64,000 nucleotides of DNA, taken from assembly GCA_037443035.1 (NCBI GenBank), contig JBBIPC010000002.1, forward strand, positions 160,001 to 224,000, read 5' to 3'. Under the pieces are notes generated by a model. The model worked only from the letters and a program-made list of their open reading frames with translations. It made no database searches and had not been told where the DNA came from. This stretch comes from Chthonomonadales bacterium (GTDB lineage Bacteria > Armatimonadota > Chthonomonadetes > Chthonomonadales > CAJBBX01). Shown here piece by piece: positions 57,356 to 64,000 of the stretch; within the stretch, counting starts at the first letter, position 1, and each line of letters begins with the position of its first letter. The translations under genes and the position numbers were made by a program.

Positions 57356-59340
57356 CGGACGATCCATCCACCAGCCAGCATGAGCATTAGCAGCAGTGTG
57401 GACGCCGCAGTCATCCAACCCGTGTGCAGATCCTCTCCTGCATACTGCTCGTAGTAGTATCCCCTTACCGACACGGCCGATGTCACCTCGCCGGCACATC
57501 GGAACGCCGTTACAGTAGCCTGCGAATCCTGCTCTCCGCACAGATATGCGCCGGTGCAGCGCCTTCGCGTGAGACGGCTATAGAGAACCGGCAGGAGCAC
57601 CGCGAGTGCAAGGGCACCGAACAGGAACGGCCACGGAACGCCGAGCACGTTCCCTTCAGCCAGGATGTCCTCGGTTCGGACGGGCATGAAGGCGTAGTAC
57701 TGCGCCACGGCCGGGATGACCAGCTCTGTCAGCAGCGGCACGACGAGCAGGCTGAATACTACGGCACCAGCGGCAAGGAGCAGGAGAGGAACGAAGTACA
57801 TGGAGTGCAGGTGTTCGACATGGGGAAAAACGACCACAGGGTCTGCCATCATGAGGCGGCCTGCGAACTTCACCCAGAACACCACAGTCAGCGTACTGCC
57901 AATGACCAGCAAGAACAAAGCCAAGGGCATGACGACAGAGGCCTCGATGGCCGCAACCTTCGCAATGAGCACACCGAAGGGTGGCAGAAGCATGGAGAGG
58001 ATGCCAATGATCATGACGACAGTGGTGAGAGGCATGCGAGAGACAAGGCCCTGCATGTCCTCGATGTCCCGGCTCCAGATGGCATGCTCCACCACGCCTG
58101 CAGCCATGAAGAGCAGCGCCTTGGAGATGGCATGGAAGATGATCAGCATGACGGCGGCTGCCATGGCCAGGGGCGTGTTCAAGCCAGCACAAGCGATGAT
58201 GAGTCCGAGATTGGAGATGGTCGAATACGCCAGGACCTTTTTCGCGTTGGACTGGCCGATGGCCAGAAGAGCCGCACAGACAAAGGTGAAGCCGCCAGCA
58301 ACCGCGATTACACTGCTGATGCGTGTATCGTGGAATGCCGGTGCCAGCCGAGCTACAAGGTAGACACCCGCCTTCACCATCGTGCTGGAGTGCAGCAACG
58401 CTGAGACAGGCGTCGGTGCCACCATGGCTCCTAGCAGCCAGCTATGAAACGGCATCTGGGCGGACTTCGTGAAGCCGGCGATGACGAGAAAGCCGAGCCC
58501 CAGCAGCACCATAGGTTGTTGAGGCGCCTGAACTTGCCGGCCGACGATCTCCTGCAGATCCAATGTCCCGACGGCGGCAGCCAGAACGAGCATGCCCAGC
58601 GCGAAGGCAACACCACCGACCATATTCATCCACAGCGCTCGGTAGGCGTTGCGCCTGGCGTCGGGCGTGCCATCGTGACCTATCAGCAGGTAGCTGCAGA
58701 GAGTAGTAACTTCCCAGAAGAAGAACAGCCAGAGGAGACTGTTAGCGAGCACGAGTCCATTCATGGCGCCCAGGAATATGAGCACCGTGAGGAAGAAACG
58801 TGGCCGCCGACTGGCTTCCTCGGGAATGCCTGCGTGCTTCTCGTGCTCTTTCATGTAGGGGAGGCCGTACACTGCTACGATGGAGCCGATGACCGACACG
58901 ATCATGACCATGATGATCGTGACCCAATCCACGTAGAGCGCCTCCGCGTGATGCTTGGGAGCGACAAGACCCGTCTCGATAGCGCCGACGATCACGGCCT
59001 GTGCCGCCGCTAGCAGCATGATCGGAGCGTTCCGAAGCCATGCGCCGATGACGAAGAACCAGACCAGCAAGACCACGTCCAGCAGAATGATGACGATGTC
59101 CCAAGTCAACCGACCTGCCAAGTCGGGCGTGAATGCCTGAGTTGTATGCGTCAAAGCGACCTTGGTGAACAGACAAAGTGCCGCCAGCGTGAGTCCCCAT
59201 CCCGCGGCGCTGACCATGCCCTTGCGTGACCACTTCGTCCGGACGGCGTAGACCACCAGCCCGAACGCCACAGGCGAGAGGATGAGAACGCCTGCCAGCA
59301 CACTTGTCGGAACCATGGATACCTGCGCGAGGAGGTTCAT
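57352..59340 (-). CDS. echA: Ech hydrogenase membrane antiporter-like subunit A (NuoL-like)
   Basis: FFWEVTT, TKSAQMPFHSWLLGAMVAPTPVSALLHSSTMVKAG and FHAISKALLF. Confidence 0.93.
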   Translation of the reverse strand: MNLLAQVSMVPTSVLAGVLILSPVAFGLVVYAVRTKWSRKGMVSAAGWGLTLAALCLFTKVALTHTTQAFTPDLAGRLTWDIVIILLDVVLLVWFFVIGAWLRNAPIMLLAAAQAVIVGAIETGLVAPKHHAEALYVDWVTIIMVMIVSVIGSIVAVYGLPYMKEHEKHAGIPEEASRRPRFFLTVLIFLGAMNGLVLANSLLWLFFFWEVTTLCSYLLIGHDGTPDARRNAYRALWMNMVGGVAFALGMLVLAAAVGTLDLQEIVGRQVQAPQQPMVLLGLGFLVIAGFTKSAQMPFHSWLLGAMVAPTPVSALLHSSTMVKAGVYLVARLAPAFHDTRISSVIAVAGGFTFVCAALLAIGQSNAKKVLAYSTISNLGLIIACAGLNTPLAMAAAVMLIIFHAISKALLFMAAGVVEHAIWSRDIEDMQGLVSRMPLTTVVMIIGILSMLLPPFGVLIAKVAAIEASVVMPLALFLLVIGSTLTVVFWVKFAGRLMMADPVVVFPHVEHLHSMYFVPLLLLAAGAVVFSLLVVPLLTELVIPAVAQYYAFMPVRTEDILAEGNVLGVPWPFLFGALALAVLLPVLYSRLTRRRCTGAYLCGEQDSQATVTAFRCAGEVTSAVSVRGYYYEQYAGEDLHTGWMTAASTLLLMLMLAGGWIVR

Positions 59341-59351
59341 GGCGTGCTGTT

Positions 59352-62300
59352 CTAGCCTGGCATACCGGGAAGGCTCTTTGGGAGCGTCAGTTTCGGTCGG
59401 TTTCCGAATTCGGGCTTCAAGGGCGGTTCCTTTTCCAGCAACGCAAGCACGACCTCGATGGCCTTGTCCAACTGCGGGTCACGCCCTGCTGCATAGTCCT
59501 GTGGCGCCATCTGTACTTCGATATCAGGATCCGTGCCATAGTTCTCAACGCCCCAGCCTACGTCCTTGAACCAGAAGGCGTATTCCGGCTGCGTCGTCAT
59601 CCCGCCATCCACCAGTGGGTTATGTGGTCCAATTCCGATGACACCGCCCCACGTCCGCGTCCCGATGAGCGGTCCTAAGCCCATCAGCTTGAAGCAGTGG
59701 CTCACAATATCCCCATCGGATCCCGCGAACTGATTGGTGAGCATGACCATGGGACCCGCCACAGAGTGGCTCGGATACGGTTCTGGCTGTCCCCAGCGGG
59801 GAACGTCGTAGCCCACCCGCTTCCGGGCTAGTTTCTCCAGCAGAAGCTGCGAGACATGCCCGCCGCGGTTGAAGCGGACGTCCACGACGAGGGCATCGTA
59901 CTCAGCTTCAGCTAGATACAGCCGGTGAAACTCGGCGTAGCCCGCAGCGCCCATATCGGGAATGTGTACGTATCCCACGCGGCTGTTGGTCGCTTCGTGG
60001 ACGCGCCGCCGGTTGTGCTCGACCCACTCGCGGTACCTGGCTGGGAACTCGCTCCGGAGTGCCTTGGTCGTTACCGTTCGTAGCGCATCGCCCGAGCGCA
60101 GCGTCAGCGTCACTTCGCAGCCAGCCTGATGGACAAGAGCCTGTTGGGGCGTACAGTCGGCACCGAGCTGTCTGCCATTGATGGCGACGAGCAGGTCACC
60201 GGGCTCTGCGAGAATGCCGGGCGCCCGGAGAGGCGACATGGCGTCTGGTTCTCCGGGAGCCCCCTCTACAATCCGGGTGATCCGGTATCCCTGGGCGTCG
60301 GGATCCCATTCGAAGTCAGCCCCGAGGAATCCCTGATGGTAGGCTGGCTCGGGCCGATAGTCGCCGCCGAACTCGTACGCATGCGATGTTCCCAGCTCTC
60401 CCTGCATCTCCCACATGAGATCGGAGAACTCCGCCCTCGTACCGACGCGGTCGATTAGCGGCGCGTAACGATCCCACACGGCGTTCCAGTCTACGTCGGA
60501 CATGTCGGGCGTCCAGAAGTAATCCCTCTGCAGACGCCAGGCTTCCCGGGCCATCTGGCGCCACTCGGCTCCCGGATCTACGGGGACGCGCACACGTCCA
60601 AGATCCACCCATCCGCTCTTGCGCCCGGGGGGATCACCCGCAGCTTTCTCGTCAGGCTTCTCGCCTGCCCTCACCACACGTAGCCGGTCTCGCACCCTGT
60701 AGACCATGGACTTCAGGTCTGCACCGACCTCGAAGTCGGAGATGCCGGCTACCAATGTCTCTGTAAAACGTTGAGCGAAGTCGTAGCATTCCAGCGTCCC
60801 TTTGGGTGGCGTGTCGGTATCCGCCCAGCTTCGACCGAGTGCCCCTTGCACCGGAAATGTGAGATAGAGCAGTTTCCCCTTCAGCGCAGCAACCTGCGCC
60901 ACGATGCTCTCGGGCACTGGGAACCCGACGACTCTTCCCGCAATACCCTCCAGGTCAATGACGAGGTGTTGCGGCTCTTCTGGCGGCTGATCCGCTGGTT
61001 TGTCTGACTTCGCGTCTCCCTTCTCCTGACTGGAGTCGGGCTTCGAGAGCGGCTCGGGGAGCGGCAGGAAAGGTGATCGTACGTCCTTCCGCAGTGTCAC
61101 AAGGAACGGCCGTTCGCCACGAGGAAACCCTAAGTCGAAGTGAAGATTGTCGTAGACGGGGTCGAGGTCCCGTTTTCCGATGAAATAGAGGTACTTACCC
61201 TCGGGATCGAAGCAGGGCGACGTGTCTTGGAGGATGGGGTCCGTCACCTGACTGACTGTGCCGTCTTCGCGACTCCACAGCTTTATAGCGACCCTGTAAT
61301 GCGAGACACTTGCATGATAGGCCACCCAGCGCCCGTCGTGCGACCAGGTAGCACCGCCCAACGTGCCCCACGTGTTACGTTCGATTACCGTCACCGAGCC
61401 CGTGTCCAGGTCAACGAACAGGAGTTCCCGGCGGTTGTTCCACAGCACCAGGTGGTCCGCTGTCGGAGATGCGCGCAGAGCGTAGACTCTGCCTAGGTCG
61501 AGGTCGCTGTATCGCCGATACTCACCGCAGTTATCGAGCGTGTGGACTTCGATAGCCTCCTCGCCATCGCGATCGACCATAGCCGCTATGCGCTTGCCAT
61601 CGCGTAACCATGTAACGCAGCGGTAGCGGACGCCCGCTTCCTGAAAGCTGTCGGCACCAGCCACGATGGTGGCGGCGCCTTCCCAGTTGCCCATCGTCAC
61701 GCACTTGCCCCGTACAGTCAGAGCGAGGGAATGCCCTTCCGGGTGGAGGGTATACCCCTGAAGATATCGGCCTGGCTCTGCGTACTTGCGCTGGCGCTGA
61801 ACACGGGGGCTGCGGTATTCCACTGGTACTCTGTGGACGGAGTCGGACGCGGGATCTAGGACGTAAAGGTCGGCCCCGGCGTGGAAGACGACGAGGCGGC
61901 CGTCTGTGTTCGGATAGCGAACGAAGTACTCCACCAGATGGGTGTGGCGGCGCAGGTCATTGCCATCCGGAAGGCACGAGTAGATATTCCCGACGCCCTC
62001 GTGGTCGGATAGGAAGTAGATACGGTCCCCGATCCACATGGGTCTGGACATGTTGCCCTCGAGGCGGATAAGCGGTCGGAACGTTCCGCTTCCGTCCGGG
62101 TCTATCCAGATGTCCCCTGCGGTTCCTCCGCGATACCGCTTCCACCGCGCCGGATCGTTGCTGTGCCTGCCGAGTGCCACTCCGCCCCGTGGACCGAAGG
62201 TGATGCTCACCGCCAACCCGTAGGGCTCCGTCCTGGGCAGACCGCCCTCCAGTCCCACGGACATAATGCAGCACGTGCCGGAGAAGGGCTGCTGGGCATC

Positions 62301-62630
62301 GGAGGTGAACAAGATACGCGAACCGTCTCGGCTCCAGCCCACCACAGTGGAGGTAGCACCGAGATACGTAAGCCGACGCAGCGGCCCACCCTCGGAAGGC
62401 ATCACATAGACCTCGAGGTGTCCTTCCTCCCGACCACTGAATGCCAAGAGGGATCCATCCGGAGAGTAGAACGGCTGGGTGGTGATTGCCAGGTTGGCCG
62501 TAAGTCTTCGCGCGACGCCTCCCTGCACCGGAACTGTCCACAGGTCGTCCTCGGAGCCAAAGACGATACTGTCGCCATGCACTGTCGGCCAACGATAGTA
62601 ACCTTGCATCGGGGCCACTCGCTTCACCAT
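59352..62630 (-). CDS. tri: Tricorn protease (S41 family)
   Basis: Beta-propellers (WKRYRGGTAG), GELGTSHAY, PDZ, DVRFNRGG, catalytic AGSDGD, GTRTWGG and ENYGTDPD. Start could be 62609, 62630 or 62663. Confidence 0.95.
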   Translation of the reverse strand: MVKRVAPMQGYYRWPTVHGDSIVFGSEDDLWTVPVQGGVARRLTANLAITTQPFYSPDGSLLAFSGREEGHLEVYVMPSEGGPLRRLTYLGATSTVVGWSRDGSRILFTSDAQQPFSGTCCIMSVGLEGGLPRTEPYGLAVSITFGPRGGVALGRHSNDPARWKRYRGGTAGDIWIDPDGSGTFRPLIRLEGNMSRPMWIGDRIYFLSDHEGVGNIYSCLPDGNDLRRHTHLVEYFVRYPNTDGRLVVFHAGADLYVLDPASDSVHRVPVEYRSPRVQRQRKYAEPGRYLQGYTLHPEGHSLALTVRGKCVTMGNWEGAATIVAGADSFQEAGVRYRCVTWLRDGKRIAAMVDRDGEEAIEVHTLDNCGEYRRYSDLDLGRVYALRASPTADHLVLWNNRRELLFVDLDTGSVTVIERNTWGTLGGATWSHDGRWVAYHASVSHYRVAIKLWSREDGTVSQVTDPILQDTSPCFDPEGKYLYFIGKRDLDPVYDNLHFDLGFPRGERPFLVTLRKDVRSPFLPLPEPLSKPDSSQEKGDAKSDKPADQPPEEPQHLVIDLEGIAGRVVGFPVPESIVAQVAALKGKLLYLTFPVQGALGRSWADTDTPPKGTLECYDFAQRFTETLVAGISDFEVGADLKSMVYRVRDRLRVVRAGEKPDEKAAGDPPGRKSGWVDLGRVRVPVDPGAEWRQMAREAWRLQRDYFWTPDMSDVDWNAVWDRYAPLIDRVGTRAEFSDLMWEMQGELGTSHAYEFGGDYRPEPAYHQGFLGADFEWDPDAQGYRITRIVEGAPGEPDAMSPLRAPGILAEPGDLLVAINGRQLGADCTPQQALVHQAGCEVTLTLRSGDALRTVTTKALRSEFPARYREWVEHNRRRVHEATNSRVGYVHIPDMGAAGYAEFHRLYLAEAEYDALVVDVRFNRGGHVSQLLLEKLARKRVGYDVPRWGQPEPYPSHSVAGPMVMLTNQFAGSDGDIVSHCFKLMGLGPLIGTRTWGGVIGIGPHNPLVDGGMTTQPEYAFWFKDVGWGVENYGTDPDIEVQMAPQDYAAGRDPQLDKAIEVVLALLEKEPPLKPEFGNRPKLTLPKSLPGMPG

Positions 62631-62780
62631 GAAGTCGGCGCCCGCGTACATGCGTGCGTACACTGTGCCGCGCGAGGGAGTCCTAACGGGGCCTTGCCTG
62701 GAGGCAGATCAGAGAGCCGCTAGCAATAACGCGGCGCCGCGTGAGGCATTATACCCATGCAACGACCTCCAGAGGAACGT

Positions 62781-62805
62781 GCGGGGCGGCTCGTAGCCGC
62801 CCCGC
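62781..62805 (-). terminator. Hairpin downstream of the DUF1559 gene
   Basis: GCGGGGCGGCT-CGT-AGCCGCCCCGC, a perfect 11-bp stem. Confidence 0.55.
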
Positions 62806-62852
62806 TGATGGAACCCGGAGGAGGATGCCCTGTTACGGGCGCGGGTTACATC

Positions 62853-63629
62853 TTACTGGCGAGTAGCATCCCACTTGTTCAGGTCGAGCATCGCCGGATC
62901 GCTGTCGTACAGCCAGCCAGGGTTCGTTGCTTCCGGCTTCAGAGCCTTTGCATGCCCGTCGCAGAACGTGAAGTTGGCCATACCGGAGTGGACCGTCGGC
63001 ACGCAACCCGTTGGTCCATTCGGGTAATCAGCCGGAGCACGCTTACCTTCGGGAATAGAGCCGCAGCCCCAGTACCAGTTCCACACGGAGTTGCTGTAGT
63101 ACATGGAGCGAGGCCCCCACCACATGACGTTGTCAATGTCATGCTTCTCGGCAAGCATGATCGTGTCCGCTGGCCGGCCGACCTTCGCCAGCGAGGCGAC
63201 ATTATCGGAGACCCAGCTCTGGACCATACCCATGACGCCGATCATGCGGTTCGCGTTGTTGATCCACTTGATGAGGCCGTTGGAGGCCCAGGAAATGCGG
63301 GGACCGGCCCAGTCCACATCGGCCTGGCGACCGCCGGAATCGCTGGGACAGCGGAGAATGTTGATGTTCTTGATGTAGGGCTGGGTCGTTGTGGGCCAGT
63401 TCAGCGCCCACCAGTTGTTGTCGCACCCCATGGGGTACATCTCGTCGTTGTCCTGGGCGTACATCAGCACTGCCAGGCCAAGCTGCTTGGCATTGCTGAG
63501 ACAGGACGTAGCGCGCGCCTTCTCGCGGGCCTGCGCGAACACCGGGAACAGGATCGCCGCCAGAATCGCGATGATCGCGATCACGACCAGCAGTTCGATC
63601 AGCGTGAACCCCGATTTCTTGTGGAGCAT
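62853..63629 (-). CDS. Prepilin-type N-terminal cleavage/methylation protein, DUF1559 / H-X9-DG family
   Basis: [37 protein letters not shown] and [18 protein letters not shown] 63629 behind AAGGAG. Confidence 0.93.
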   Translation of the reverse strand: MLHKKSGFTLIELLVVIAIIAILAAILFPVFAQAREKARATSCLSNAKQLGLAVLMYAQDNDEMYPMGCDNNWWALNWPTTTQPYIKNINILRCPSDSGGRQADVDWAGPRISWASNGLIKWINNANRMIGVMGMVQSWVSDNVASLAKVGRPADTIMLAEKHDIDNVMWWGPRSMYYSNSVWNWYWGCGSIPEGKRAPADYPNGPTGCVPTVHSGMANFTFCDGHAKALKPEATNPGWLYDSDPAMLDLNKWDATRQ

Positions 63630-63705
63630 TCTTTGACCTCTCCTTGTAGAATTCGCCGCGAGACAGTTGCCTATCCGCCGCTGCGGCACTACGGCGATGG
63701 CATTC

Positions 63706-63966
63706 CTATTGAGGGCCGAATGGTGCCCCTGGTCCCGGCTGGCCCTTGGGCCGGGGCGGAGGTGGCGGGACGTTCCCGCCTTGGCGCATGCGTTCCATGG
63801 CCTGACGCGCCTCTGCAGGCATCTCTGCTGGAGGTCCTTGCTTCAGTTGCTGTTCCTCCTCCTTGGTGAAGCCGCTCCTCTGGCAACCTGCCAGGCCGGT
63901 CATAGCTACTGCTAGGACTGCCGCCACCGTCACTCGCAGCAGCCAGCCAGACAGCCGTATTCTCAC
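63706..63966 (-). CDS. Small lipoprotein
   Basis: AAGGAGG RBS, signal peptide with LAGC lipobox and a Pro-rich tail. Confidence 0.75.
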   Translation of the reverse strand: MRIRLSGWLLRVTVAAVLAVAMTGLAGCQRSGFTKEEEQQLKQGPPAEMPAEARQAMERMRQGGNVPPPPPRPKGQPGPGAPFGPQ

Positions 63967-64000
63967 GTATGTTCCTCCTTGCCCTCGGACGCCACCATTT

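Noticed and set aside
54149..59340. NADH dehydrogenase (nuo) or formate hydrogenlyase operon
   Set aside because: The large subunit retains both CxxC Ni motifs, and the six-gene set with two membrane subunits matches Ech.
62757..63869. 370-aa plus-strand ORF
   Set aside because: Antisense to the DUF1559 and lipoprotein genes; a typical high-GC shadow ORF, like most other short overlapping ORFs in the track.

Overview
GC-rich bacterial chromosomal segment, probably Armatimonadota (inferred from the DUF1559/H-X9-DG prepilin-like gene, topA-trmFO linkage and outer-membrane barrel; not verified). Bases 1-12444 hold the distal half of a contractile injection system (CIS; Afp/PVC-like): tube, a 1310-aa Pro/Ala-rich protein, LysM tube initiator, VgrG, PAAR, gp25, baseplate J, a tail-protein-I-like wedge and a DUF4159-like fusion. 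Two single-pass membrane proteins follow under their own sigma70-like promoter (12668-17365). They share a repeated Ig-like module with the wedge protein, which suggests a membrane-tethered CIS. Converging on this is a five-gene minus-strand cluster (17456-30108): an Ig-repeat surface protein, a FadL/PorV-like barrel, a 1468-aa exported caspase-family protease, a LuxR-HTH/beta-propeller fusion and an exported TPR protein. The rest is metabolic or housekeeping: polyol dehydrogenase, geranylgeranyl-reductase family, PD40 protein, M28 peptidase, surE, MFS, DUF1080, GH172, glnA-glnB, Gfo oxidoreductase, topA-trmFO, serine hydrolase, cold-shock protein, sugar isomerase and aldolase, methyltransferases and a kinase, a complete echABCDEF hydrogenase operon, tricorn protease and a DUF1559 protein. 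I saw no rRNA, tRNA, CRISPR array or transposase. All family calls come from motif recognition by eye, not database searches.
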